From Nemertoderma westbladi (Eukaryota > Animalia > Xenacoelomorpha), in assembly GCA_032718475.1 (NCBI GenBank), contig JAUCBJ010007115.1, forward strand, positions 47 through 64,046: a DNA stretch of 64,000 nucleotides, read 5' to 3'. A program made the position numbers and the translations under genes. A model generated the notes under the pieces. The model ran no database searches. It saw only the letters and a list, made by a program, of their open reading frames with translations, and was not told the DNA's origin. This document shows positions 38,365-51,753 of this stretch, in pieces. How positions within the stretch are numbered: position 1 is the first letter of the stretch; each line of letters starts with the position of its first letter.

Positions 38365-39560
38365 TGTAAAAGCTTTTGCGGAATTGGCTGGTTATTTTCC
38401 CCGCAAAGTACTCTGTAGTTGGTTTAAAGGGCATAAAAGGCCGTTTCATTACTGTACTGGTGTTTTAGTGGACACAAAAAGCCATTTCATCTGTATGTGT
38501 ACTTTAGCGGACATAACTAGCAATTTTATGTCGCAATACGCTAAATCCTCTTGAAACAGTGTAGTTACTATGACGACAGCTAACAGCTGATCTGTACACG
38601 TGGAGCTTTTTCTTTGTTCTCTGTCGTTTCTTTGTTCGGTCAACCAATCAGAGCGTTTTTTGACTCTGTGTTGGAGATTGTATACAGAAACTCATGCAAT
38701 TGAGTCAGTATGTGTATTTTGTCCACAGCCAGAAGACCGGCTTTAGAATCTCTGTGTTTTCAGGCTTTAGCCCAACATTAGTAGGCTTAATTATAGAACG
38801 TTTATCTGTTATCATACATAACTCAACTCATAACACACAACTCAATGCAATGTTACAATCTATCATATCATAACAATTTATACCTTAACATTTATACTGC
38901 TATTTACTGTCGGTTATTCATTATATCAGTTGATGGAATATTATATTTGGAATATCGATGAATAATTACAAAACCCTCAATCTTCTTGATATACTGAAGG
39001 TAAGAGAGACCGGTTACATATAACGATTGCGACTCAGCTTAAAGTGGTTTTGAAGTGAATCTAATGCTATTTCATAGGCACTACAGGTATCAGTTGTTGT
39101 TCTCTTTATATGTGACTAAAATTAGTGAAGGTCGGCAGATTGGTGTGCAGTATTATGCAGTAGTGTGTATGATTGTGACTGATAACAAAGCATCTCCTAA
39201 AGAATGCGCCATATACGTGAATCTATAGCCATCCCATTGTGTCTAGTTTAAGTCATAGCTCTGTTTACATATTTAGAGCGCCACATCCTAAAGGAACTGT
39301 TAATATTTCCCGAAAGTGAATAATATTTGTCAGAGATTATATATTACGATCAGTCGAATAATACAGTAGGCTTACACCGCAATAAGATTAAGCTTCCGAA
39401 TCCAGTCTCCCGGGTATATCCAGCGAGTGAATGGTCGCGCATAGACTGGCTTTGGCTAATGTAGTGTATCCAATACTCGTCATAGGCTAATGTCGATTTA
39501 TTATCTAGAAGACATCCTAATTTGGCAGGTTAAACTGCTAAAGGTCTGAAAGCGCGAACA
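38365..39560 (+). repeat. 5' LTR
   Basis: TGTAAAAGC...GCGCGAACA; roughly 20 differences from the 3' LTR by eye. Confidence 0.95.
38643..38710 (+). promoter_or_regulatory. Putative LTR promoter
   Basis: CCAAT at about 38644, TATA-like TATACAGA at 38681, initiator-like TCAGT at 38705, with canonical spacing. Confidence 0.4.
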
Positions 39561-39789
39561 ATAACAGATATACTTCTTTATTGCAGTAAGCAATAAAGTT
39601 GAAGTACCGGAACCGGTACTTATAGCAGTACAGGTACAGCAGTATTATTCGAATTTGATAATTATATACCGGTAGGTCTTGATAGTTAATCAGGGACTGC
39701 AGCCCTGGTTTTTTATTAAGATTTTACTTATTTCTGTCAGTTTTATTTACTAGTAGGCTAATATTGAGCAGAAGACGTGTAAGCCTGCT

Positions 39790-40405
39790 CATATTGTACA
39801 GATAATTTGTAGGCTGGACTGTTGTCTGACCGTTGTTAGGTCTGAACGGATTGCAGTGCATGTAGAGTGTATGTCCGATAAAGTGCCGGTTAGGAAAGTA
39901 GGGGCAGCCAGAGCTGTAAGGTAAATCCCCCAGAAAGAATAAGTCGTACTACTAGGTTAGAACGCATACTAACTAACCATTTCGGAGTCTGCATGCCCTG
40001 TAGTTTATTTAGGCTTATGTAGTTTATTTTATAGTGGTCTGCCAGCGTTTGGTCTGTACTTCGTTTGTGTAGTCTGTACAGGTACCGTAATATTTCTTAT
40101 TCAGATAATTTATAGGCTAGATTGTTGTCTGGCTGTTGTTAGGTCTGAAGAGGTTGTAGTGTGTGTAGAGTGTCTGTCCGATAAAGTACTAGTTAGGAAC
40201 GTAGGGGCAGCCAGAGCTGTAAGGTAAACCCCCCCGAAAGAATAAGTCGTACTACTCGGTTAGAACGCATACTAACTAACCATTTCGGAATCTGCACATA
40301 CTGTAATTATTTATATTTATTTAGGCTTGATAGTAGTCTGCCAGCGTTTGGTTTGTATTTTGTTTGAGTAGTTTGTACGGGTAGCGTAATATTTATTATT
40401 CAGAG
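39790..40405. repeat. About 303-bp tandem duplication in the BEL 5' leader
   Basis: GTAGGGGCAGCCAGAGCTGTAAGGTAAA..AGAACGCATACTAACTAACCATTTCGGA occurs twice. Confidence 0.85.
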
Positions 40406-41735
40406 TTTATGCGATTATTCGCAACATTCATATCCCCAAGTTTATTCCTACAGTAATTGTGCTTGTTATATATACCGTTATAGTTAAATTAACCCCAGTA
40501 CTACATCAGGGCTGCTCAGCATAGGTAAAGACTGGTGATTTTGTGCACTGGTCACTCCAGCAGATACCGTGGTTCTTTTAGCTGTACAAGTATTTCTAAC
40601 TGCTAGTTATTGGTTGTACAAGTACTTGTACCTAATTTAGGGTTTAGTGTACAATACTTTCCGAGGGTAATTAGTGTGTAGGCAGTATATTTGTGTTGTA
40701 AAGTGGTTAATAGACACGTTGGTTCTGGTAGACCGCGGTAATTAACTTCTAGGTAGGGACACTCCGTGATACATAACGTAGTACTTATAGCGATACGGCT
40801 ATAAGTCGTCAGACGGTGGTATTTTCCTATCTGGACAATGCAATATATTTACTACTGCTTATTATTTTCAAATACCGTAGTATCCTTTCCATTTGTAATA
40901 ACCAGATTTCTAACCCTTTGTTAGGCTGGTTTGTAGACTTCTTGTAAAATTACCCTAAAAATTCGTACGTGTAATTTTTGTGTTTATTTAGAGATTGTAA
41001 ACTCACCCCGAATTGTACGTAATTTGTAGTAATAAGTAACTTAGGTAAATTAGAATTATTTGTTTTAGTGTCCAACAAGTAGCACTTCACTGAGAGCGTA
41101 CAGCTTCTGTGCAGTGACTCCTTCCCAGAAATAATAACATTTATTTCAAATATTGACAAAAACCCATTAAAACGGGTATATATATTATAAATCAACTCAA
41201 ACGATTTATAAATAGTAGGCCTGCCATACAACAATTAGGTCTCAATATCAGTTGAACTACTGTTTAAATAACGGCAATAAAGTAAGTTAAAGTAACCAAG
41301 TAACCCCTAAAATTCAGAAATTCAATTATTCCAAAAAATAATTGATATACCGGTATTTACAATAGGCTTATTATATTTATTTCTATAAATTTAGGCTGAA
41401 ATTATACCGGTATTCTGTAATTAATTCTACAGTAGTTCATAATTATACTTATATATACTATAAGTGTAAGCTGTATACCGGTATTCACGATAGGCCTATT
41501 ATATATTTATATATATTTGTACTAAAATTATATACCGGTATTCTGTGACAAACTAGTCTGTAATAATACTTATATATATATACTATAAGCATACCGGTAT
41601 TCTAATATATTATATATATCACGCTACACTGAGTAGCAGTATCGGTAATTAATTACTAGGCTAACAGTTGATACTGAATTACTAGACTTGCTTAAGCTGT
41701 AATATAGCAGTAGGCATTCAACTGTACCAACAAAC

Positions 41736-44700
41736 ATGTCTGATACTAAGCAAAACCTGTCAGACAGTCTCTTAGATACAACCATCTGTGACCCAGATAG
41801 GAGTGTGGAACGTGTGAGAACAAAGTTCAACTCACCTCCTACTGTAAGAAAGGTCATCCCTCCAGTAGTAATATCAGACCCTAAGCTGGTCCAACACCGT
41901 AGGTCTATCATAGGCACTCGAGCTCAAGTCAAACGAGACCAAGAAGCAGCGGAACAGCAGCAACACTCGAGCCGAGCACTTATTTCTCTACTACTAGGAT
42001 CGGCATGCTGCATTGCAGCTGCATTTTTAAGAATGCTGTGCCGGCTTGTCAACAAAATTGCACCGCCACAACTCCCTATCACCCATGACATTTGCTAGAT
42101 CATCCGCATCTTTAAGGCCAGTGTCCTTTAAGATGCGTCTCAAGAAAGTCATGGGCTGTCCACCATGCTTATTCACTCCATGAGGCTGCCAAAGTACAAG
42201 ATTATGCACTGGCTGGTCCTCACGGCGAAAGCAATGTCCTGCAAAGCGGAGGCGATTTTGTTCTAGTGTCAAGCTTGGGGGAACCAATGAGACACCTCCA
42301 ATGTTATATAGTGTCTGGTTGGAGATGTGTGCATTGTACTTGACACAATGTACCCGGCGTAGCATTCTTGTGAATGTGCCATCCAGAGATTTGGTGTCCT
42401 CAGCAGTTAGAGCCCAGCATGGACTCCCGTAGAGGAGTACTGGAACTACTGCTGCTCTAAATAATCGGACCTTAAGTTTCCGATTAATTCTAGGTGACTT
42501 CCAAATCCTGGAAAGCCTATTCAAGGCTGCCCATGCCTTTCCCTTACGTATTCGAAGGTCCTCACCTGACTTCCGGATCCATGATCCCAGGTAACAGAAG
42601 TCGTCCACATGCTCAAGCATACCATCCTTTGAGCTTATGCTCATCCGATCAGAGACTTGCTGAGGATTTTCAAAGTTAACTGTCAGAATTTTGGTCTTTC
42701 TGGAGTTAATAAAAAGACCAACACTAGAAGCAGCATGTTATAATGAGCGGAGGAGCCGCTGGGCTCCCTCTAATGAATCTGAGAGTACTCCTAAGTCATC
42801 AGCAAAGTCATCAGTTAGGTACTTGGCAGGATTTCCTCGACTTCTGGACCCAGTAGGTGGAGTTATCATCACCCCATCATCATTATGATGATCTAAGGAC
42901 ATGCGTAGAACATAGTCAACCACAATAATGAACAAGAATGGTGCAAGTGTGTCTCCTTGGAGGACGCCCCATAACACTTCAAATGGTTCTGTGTCACCGT
43001 CAACAGTAGACACAAATGTTGTCGAACCATCGTATACTGATCTGATTGCTGCAATAATTTCATCAGGAATCCCATATAATGAAAGTATGCTGAACATACG
43101 TGAGCGAGAGACTGAATCAAAGGCCTTGAAGAAGTCAACAAAGATAACAGCCAGATGCCTGTCTTTCTTTTTTGATAACTCTTCAACTATCCTTCTAAGT
43201 GCCAAAATGGGCTCCATGGTCCCACGACCTTTACGGAACGAGGCGATCGGCTGGTGATTCAGCCTTAACCTTGGTGGTTGGTTGGCTTTTCCGCCCAGTA
43301 AGCAGATTGATCGATTTCCATGCCTGGGATGATTGCCTGCTGTCGTCAGCATCATTGATGGCATCAACCTGTTGGTTTATTAGCTCCTGTAGATTAACAG
43401 AGTACTGCCTGTTCAGGGACCTAGATGCAGCTTTAACTGCATTCTTGGCCGCTGTAGTCTGTTTGAGTCGGGACTCTTTCTGCGCCTTATGAAGGTCATT
43501 TCGGCACTTCTGAATTTTGTTGTCAGTCCAGGGGGCCCTTTTCATGTTTCGAGGGTATACAGGAACTGTTTCTGCAGCTGCTAACTTAACTGCTTCTGTA
43601 AAGGCAGTATAGCCCTCACAGTGATCTGCCGCCTCAGAGGCAAGAGCCTCATACCTGTTGCTCAGCTGTAGTGTGAAGCTGGATCTCACACTTGGCTGTT
43701 GCAACAGAGAGGACCAGTCATGCCGTGGCAAGGCAGATTTCGTCGATTTCGGCAGAGACTTATTTCTCAGTGGACCGACAGCTCCAGTGGTGCGGATACT
43801 GTAGAGCTGACACCCGAGGGCGGAGCTAAGATGGCAGATGTGGTTTATTCAGATCCCCTTCTCATCCTTCCTGCAGCCGTACTCGCTAGGGTATTGATTG
43901 CGGTGGAGGAACACCAGATTGATTGGACGAGAAGTAAGCGATCGACCAAGGATAGTTATGCGGGATACACAAAGGAAGAACTGAAGTCTATTGTCGAGTC
44001 GCAATGGAACTTCCCTGGACCCGGACTCCCGTTTGACTTATCGGAAGCTGCCTGGGAAGACATACACAGGATGGGAGTAACAAAGGAAACCATCGATCCA
44101 GCTGTATGGAAGAGGTCAGCAGCCGGATACGTACAGGGATTCTTCAGCTCTATGGAGCGATTAGAGGAACAACTGTTTAGACAACCACAAGGACCTCAAG
44201 AGCAGGGAGAGCTGCTTTATCAAGTTAGAGAAAGAATTCTAAGAATCAGACTAATCTTATCTGCCTTTGAGGAGGCTTCGAAAAGAAGACAAGACACGTC
44301 GTTGCAAGTTGCCGTAAAGACTTGGTTACAGCGGGTGAGTCTCCAAGTTCAAAGAACTGCCCCGTGGAAATCTCAGTTAGATGAGCGCTCAACCCTTGGA
44401 GAATCAACAGACGCTACCTTTTCCCAAGTGGAAAGTGAAGCGACAGCAGAGAAACCGCATAAGAGGGATGCTATTGACATCTATCTGTCAGACTATCAAC
44501 GCTTTGTAGGAGATGAAGAGTTGAGGAGAAGGCTGGAGTGGCTTAGCCCTAATAGTGAAGGAGCCAAACTTGTGTTGGACACAATCGATGTGGATATGAG
44601 AGCTGCGAACCAAGCTAAATTTGATGAACGCCTCCGCATCACTAGAGTCCAAGAAGAACAAGTAAAGAAAAAACTTATAGAAGATAGAAAGACAGCAGCA

Positions 44701-47700
44701 GCGGCAGTGGCAGTGGCAGAAGTGGAAAGAAAAGCGGCAGCTGCAGCAGTAGAAGCGGATAGAAAAGCGGCAGCGGCAGAGGCAAAAGCAGCAGCGGCAG
44801 AGGCAAAAGCGGCAGCTGCAGCAGTAGAAGCGGATAGAAAAGCGGCAGCGGCAGAGGCAAAAGCGGCAGCGGCAGAGGCAAAAGAGGCAGCTGCAGCAGT
44901 AGAAGCGGATAGAAAAGCGGCAGCGGCAGAGGCAAAAGCGGCAGCGGCAGAGGCAAAAGCGGCAGCTGCAGCAGTAGAAGCGGAAAGAAAAGCGGCAGCG
45001 GCAGAGGCAAAAGCGGCAGCTGCAGCGGCCGAAGCGGAAAGAAAAAGAGCAGTGGCAGAAGCAGAACGAAGAGCAGCTGAAGAGACCACCCAACTAGAGT
45101 TAGAAAATATTCAAGAGAATCAAGACTGCATAAATAAACAGTTAACAGCTAGTAATATGCAGATGATGAATCGATCTACTCCCAAAAGGCAGGGATATAC
45201 ATAATCTGAGGAAGGCGATACCACCGATCCTGAAGGCGGAGGAAATAGATCTCGTCTAGGTAGGCGTAGAAGAACATCTCACCGTCACAAATTGCCTGAT
45301 TTGCCCCCAGCTGTTAGAAGGCAACTAACTAACACAGACTTAGGTAGTACAGAACCCACAGACCAAATAATTAAAATAGAAAGACTCCTTACTATAGTAG
45401 ATGAGCCTGAAATAATTAGGCCTGTTCTTGAAATCACCCCTTCGGTGATAGAGACACCTGTACTCCCAGAACCTACCTCTAAATTCCCTCTGCACAGCAC
45501 TAAGCTACCTGTGCCCCACAGAACTACCCCTGAAAATGTTCATGTCCCTGACTCCGAGCGAAAAATTAATGATTTGTTGCCCGTGGTCCCTCGTCCGGCC
45601 GCTACAACGTTGGCGGCTCCCGCTTCAGCGGTCGAGTGGGTGGATGAGGGACGGCGGGGGATGGATCTCCTGCTCGGGCAGATGCAGGACACTGTTAAGC
45701 AGTTCAAGGGCACAGTAAGGGAAAGTAGGTTAGAGTTGCAAGAAGTGCAGCAAAGTATCGCGTTAGAACGCGATAAATTAGTAAATACACAAAAGGGTAT
45801 ACCACCACCCTCGGTAACAATGTGTCAACCTGTTAGGTCTGAAGTATCTCATGCGCAACGTGTGGAGCCTATACGCATCTATACTGCTAGTGAAGTAGAA
45901 ACTCCTATAGTGAACCCTATTAAGGGTAATTATAAACCTGTTGATAATGATATTCCCTATAGACTTGATCATAATCCGAGAAATTTATATACCGATAACT
46001 CGATATTAAATAACACGATGGCCCAAGAAAGTTTTACGCGTCAAATGGCTAGAACCGAAGCCCGTCAAGCGGTAAAGGTGGGAGAGATCGTCAAGTTCAA
46101 TGGAGATGAGATGAAATGGTTACCTTTTAATGAATATTACAAAGATGACATACAGAACTCTGTGTTATCTAACGGAGAGAAACTTAGATTCCTCATCGAG
46201 TGCTTGGAAGGATCTCCCAAGTTAATGGCGTTAAAGTTTATTGGACATCCAGATGGATTAAGACAAGTTTGGGATACCCTAAACATCAGGTATGGTAATA
46301 GGAACAACATAGCTAGGTATTTGTATGCAAAATTGGTAGCGCCACGAAAGTTCATTAGCAGCGGGATAATAGAGTTTTCCGATGAGATTCAAGAGATCTG
46401 TAGACAATTAGATTGGCTAGGTAAGTCTCATGAGTATCAGAGTTCTATGGTTATTGGAGCCGTGGCTTCTACTTTACCGAAGGGTGGAGTAGGTACACGC
46501 TGGGATAAGAAAGTGTTATATATGATGGAACAACAACGACGAGACCCTACCATGGCTGATCTCATGTCATTCTTAGATGGAGAAGTGAAATTACAGCTCC
46601 TAAAGCAGTCCAGAGAGAAAACACCGGAAAACAAGGTAAGTGAGAAACCCGTTTCTAGGAGAAAAGTAACACCAGTGTGTTATACCGATGACGGCGAAAG
46701 CCAGACCTCTCAAGGAGAGGACAGTGGGAAAGATGCTGAAAGATCTTATTATGTCAATAAAACGCCTAAAGAACAGGTAAGTAAATTCAAGTCTCGAACC
46801 AATGACAGGAGAGAACCTGTAAGAAAAACTCCTCCTACGTCTCCTAAGAGAATTCAGGTTAGAAAGCCCGAAGAAAGAACGAGTGTGCACAATGTTATTC
46901 AAAATAAGGTAAGTAACATCAAATCGAAATGTGTGCTATGTGACGGGACCCACCGTTTGAATATGTGTGATGAATTCCTAAATAAATCATTAACGGAGAG
47001 ACGGGAAGTCATGTGGGATAAGCGGTTGTGTTATAATTGCCTCAGACAAGGACACCAAAGGCGAACCTGTTACTCCGACACAAGGTGTGCAAAGTGCGGT
47101 GCGAAACATCATATCTTGTTGCACACTGAATTCGAACGAAACAGCCAGAGTCAGGTAAGCGATTCAGAACTACATGTCCAATTCAGTGATGTGAATGACA
47201 CTGACCAAAGTTCTGAGATGGAAGGAGTCTATATGGATGAATTCTCCGACGAAAATGAATCCTGTTACATGATAAATACCGCAGTGTATCGAGCACTTAC
47301 GTATGAAAAGGACCCTGACAGCAACCTCACCCTAACTACTTCTGATCAACAACCATCTTGGAAAGCGCCAACTTCCAATGTAGGAATCCGAGAATTTCCT
47401 GTAGTACAGTTAAGGGTCCACGGACCTAAAAGGAGTTATATAGTGAACGCCCTCCTTGACTCCGGTAGCACAGGAACATTCATCGACAAAGAACTAGCCG
47501 AAGACATCTTTGCTGGACAACCCAAGTTCCGAACTAAGCTAAACATGTCAGGAATTATGCAGGTTTGGAAATCTACAGTAATAGCGGATTATTATGTAGG
47601 TGTGTTGTCCACCCCCCAGGATGAACTAGGAGAACATAGTATAAGGTCAGTAAAAATGGTGGCGATAAAGAACTTCGCTACCAGCCAAGTAGAACCTTAT

Positions 47701-48669
47701 AACTGGGATGAGGACGATTCCACCCAGCAGCTTAATATACCTAGATTCAACACAGATTACCCTGGAGTGCAAATACTCATCGGCCAAAATGCGCATGAAG
47801 CGCTTGAGACATTGGAGAAACGGCCTGCTCAACCGCAACCATTACAAGTCTATGCGGGAAGAACTAGAGTAGGTTGGTACTTTTCTGGCCCTTCTCGTAG
47901 AACTCTTATGGAAAGATTACCAAAAGAACAGGTATATCAATTAAGTGAACGGGAAGTGGAGAGCAGTGAAGTTGACGACCCAACTGAGGGAACACCATAC
48001 TCCTCAGATAATGACGATATTAACTCCAATGTAGATCAATGGAGACATTGCCCCGAGACGATTAATCTAGCCGACATCGCTTCCAGAGTAGCAACTCATC
48101 AAGAACTGACAGATACTCCAGACTGGTTAGGTAGACCCGACTTCCTAAGTAAAGAAGATGAATGGCCTCCCCATCTTACCACGGCTGAGATTAGACAAGC
48201 CAAGGGAGCGGAGAAAGTCAAACCTAAAACCCGGACGAGTAAATCAAGGTTATTTAAACCCGTGATAGATCTGTCTGTACTACACATAGCCAGGGACGAC
48301 GCTGTGGATCTAAACTCCCCCACCGCGAACCGATCTGGCGTGGAGATCAGAGAGAGAGACTGGAGATCTGGAATACCAGACGTCTCGCCGGGACTCTCAC
48401 CTCTCCTGCCGGGAGCGATGGACCACTATAGATCCTGGAATCGGCTTTGTAAGGCCGTCGTGTATTTGAACCGATGTTTCTATCGTCACTATTCCAGGAC
48501 GAAGAGGAAACCTGGAATTGTCTTCGAGACACAGCAGCTCAATCGCCCAGTTGGTCGTTTATGTTTACTGGAAAGAGACCGAAAACTGTCCGGAAACTAT
48601 GGAAGGCAAGATACTCTTCCCACGACCACCTCCCTAATCCAACAAATATCTAGGGACTCCATAACATAA
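41736..48669 (+). pseudogene. BEL/Pao gag-protease fused to pol remnants, about 1717 codons once the LINE is removed; one internal stop at 45202
   Basis: RALIS joins QWTDS across the LINE; ORFs 43699 and 45292 share a frame; FNGDEMKWLPF Gag domain; three knuckles CVLC..H..C, CYNC..H..C, CAKC..HH..LH; ALLDSGSTGTFI. Confidence 0.88.
41989..43757 (-). mobile_element. RTE-like LINE inserted in BEL gag; 5'-truncated and internally deleted
   Basis: 11-bp TSD ACTTATTTCTC (41978-41988 and 43758-43768); (TAG)n tail; same family as 1838-3085. Confidence 0.95.
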
Positions 48670-51600
48670 CAACATACGGAGTGGGTGTGTGACTATATTA
48701 TTTTATATTTATTTATTATTTTATATTATGTATGTATTATTATGTAATTTTATTATAATCGTTTTCTTTAATTTTATTTAGTAGAATGTTATTTTAGTGA
48801 TTATTTAGTGCAATATATATTAGTGTTTATTACTTAATTACTTATATATTATATATTTAGTGCGACGGCGAGAAATTATTATTTTTCTCTTTCCTTACTG
48901 TCCGTATTACATTACAAATACGTAACTACAGTAAGATGAAATGTCTGTACTTGTTAAAGTACAATAAAGCTCCTACTATATTTAAGTATTATTGGTAGGC
49001 AGAGTATTAGGAATGCAAAGTTCAGATCCTCGTGTCTCGGCTAAACCAAGCTCTGGGTAGACCATGGAAACGACTTGCCTCTTCACACTGACATTGCTTC
49101 GTGCGATATTGCTCTCATACCGTATATTAAATAATACATATAGTAGCGTGATGTCCCTTTAACAGTAGCGTAAAACGCAAAATAAATCTGTTAAACCCTT
49201 TGACCATCTGCTATTCTAGTCGATTAAGATATCGCGGCACCCACCGATATACTTGAAAGACAAATTTCTAGAATCAGTGGTTAACGACCCCAGACAAGTT
49301 CTGGAATAAACTGGTGCCCATCCTAAATATTAATTATTAATATTTACAAAATCTGTCAAATTTTAGATCCTTTAAAATTCTAGTCGATTAAGATATCGTA
49401 GCACTTACCGATACTCTTAAAAAAGACAAATTTCCTAGAATCAAGGATCCCAGTCCCCAGATATGTTCTGGAATAAAATTGTGTCTATTTAACATTAAAT
49501 AATAAAATTTACGGGAATAAATTTAAATTCATATTTTAATGAATTCAATAAATTTTCATTTTATACAATTTATAACATTCCCAAAATTCCTTTAATTAAT
49601 AGATCATGGGAGCGGAGATTTACCCTATTAAGTGTATCAGTGTGCGAGAATCTCCAATATATAGTCAATAGCCGATAAAATTCATAAAATCATGTATAAA
49701 GAGGATATTGACAATTAAAGAATTACTATTAAATAGCATCCCAGATCTGTATGCATGAGAATTACCCTAATTCTACCGCTAGCTTTCCATAATGTCACCA
49801 TGGCAACAACCACGCTAGAATTAGAAGTGAGTTAAAAGAACAATAGAAAGCTTCCCCCATTGAATAGCATAGGGAAAAAATAGCACACTGTTAGTATCCA
49901 AGGATACATAATAATAACGTGACATTCTGGAAGGCACTTGACTAACGGACAAATGACCCAAATGTGTGATAGAATGCGTACCATTTGTGACAGTTACGTG
50001 GAATTTGTGCGTTTGTAGGTGAATGTTACTACTAAGGTGTGTTTACAGTAGCGAGTCGCAATTGTGAAAGTAGCCCTAACTCTCCAGTAAGAACCTGAAG
50101 TAAATCTAAGCCTTTGGGACGGACGGTGGAGTGACTCGCGCTGGTTGTTGTGGTCGTTGTGCAGCTACGACGTTGGCGATAGGCACATCGGCGAAAGTAC
50201 ACCAGCGCTGAGGATCTTGCACTGTCCGGGGGCCGAGAGGGGTAGGCAGCGACGCCCGCTAGCCTAAATATCAACTCATTATAATATTGATAAACTCATA
50301 TAGCAGCTATGACTCAGTTGATAGAAGATGATCTTGGTATCAGGGAGAAATATACTATACCGTTGCAGGCGTTGTTGATAGCTTGATATGCAGCGACGCT
50401 AGTCCAACTACTACGGAGGACGATGGTCGTTATATCGAACTGCCGATGTCCCAGGAGCAACTTACGCGTGAATTGGACTATCGAAAATTCACTGCTCGCT
50501 ATACGCATTGTAATGGTACGTATATGGACTTCTTAACTACTGGCCATCCTATCGATTTATACGATACGGACGATATCGACACCGAAAGGGAAATGGTCCT
50601 ATTTAAATATCATACCCAGCGGAGTCGGAACGATAAATTGAGAATCGAATGCGAAAATTCTATTCGAAATCAACTCGAAAGAGAAGACGTTAAAGAACCG
50701 GATAAACGCGGTAACTCCAACGTATATTTGGAATTCTTGAGAGAAACATTGTAAAACCGAATAAATATCACCCGCGTTTCTCCTACAAGACGTGCGTCTT
50801 TGGTATTATTGCAATGAATGCCCAAGACCCAACCAACAAGCGGGAGGACATAAGCATCCGCGAGGAGACGTTGCTTTAAACACGGTTTTACTCGCTATAT
50901 TTATGGGAGTTTTGAGCGAAAACTTGTTCGATGTAACACCTACGCTCGCTCGACTCAAACGATCCTTAAATAAACCTATGATCAGAGTATCGGAATACTC
51001 GGTCAGACCTCCTCATTCCCTATTTAGACCTCATGACTCTTGATCCTAATAGTATCACGGATCCTCTCGAACTGTACTCACTGTTCAAAGATCTGGTGTT
51101 GCGTTACCCGAACAGTTAGTCGGTGGCACTCCGGTTGTGGGCTCCCTTAAATATTCACCCATCTTACTTAGTCGGATTGGGACGCAGACATCTAATATCG
51201 CCATTCAACCGTACCATCGTCCCTGTTTAACCCGATACAACCTGTCACCGAAGCGGAGGAAAGAGTTATACGAAATGCGTTGGACACTATTTGTCAAAAG
51301 ATCTGAAAATGAACCTACCATGGTTTAGAGAAACGTAAATTGCAGTAGCAAGTCCAAGCGATAAACGAATTAACTTTATCTCAGTTCGATCAGGAAATTC
51401 AGAATCTCTAAGAGGATATCGAACTTGGACGACCCTATTCTCTGCAAGAGTTTTGGACGAACGCATCCAACGATAAGCGGAGGAAAATCAGCTCGAGGAG
51501 AAGCATATCGAAATGGGGAGACATCGACCGTAACCCTAAACCTTCTGATGCAATTGTATTGCACCCTTCACCCAGGAGTTACAGCCCTCATAGTAAAGTG

Positions 51601-51753
51601 GCTCGCCCCAAAGAGAAAAGGACTCTTGCTAGCCTCAAAAAACTGCGTAAACGCCGTCTGCGCAAGAAAAACTAACTGTTTAGAGTATTTTTATATTTTA
51701 GAAACTGTGATTTTTTATATTTTATAGAATTAAATCCCATTTTCTGGGAGCGG

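Noticed and set aside
41736-42098. Stand-alone 120-aa gene
   Set aside because: It is the BEL gag N-terminus reading into the inserted LINE tail.
44488-45093. Cys-rich, Ala-rich and Leu/Pro-rich minus-strand ORFs; antifreeze-like appearance
   Set aside because: Antisense shadows of the Gag Ala repeat.
50383-51727. Calling the extra ORF an env gene
   Set aside because: No signal peptide, fusion-protein cysteine pattern or convincing membrane anchor; kept only as an unknown ORF.
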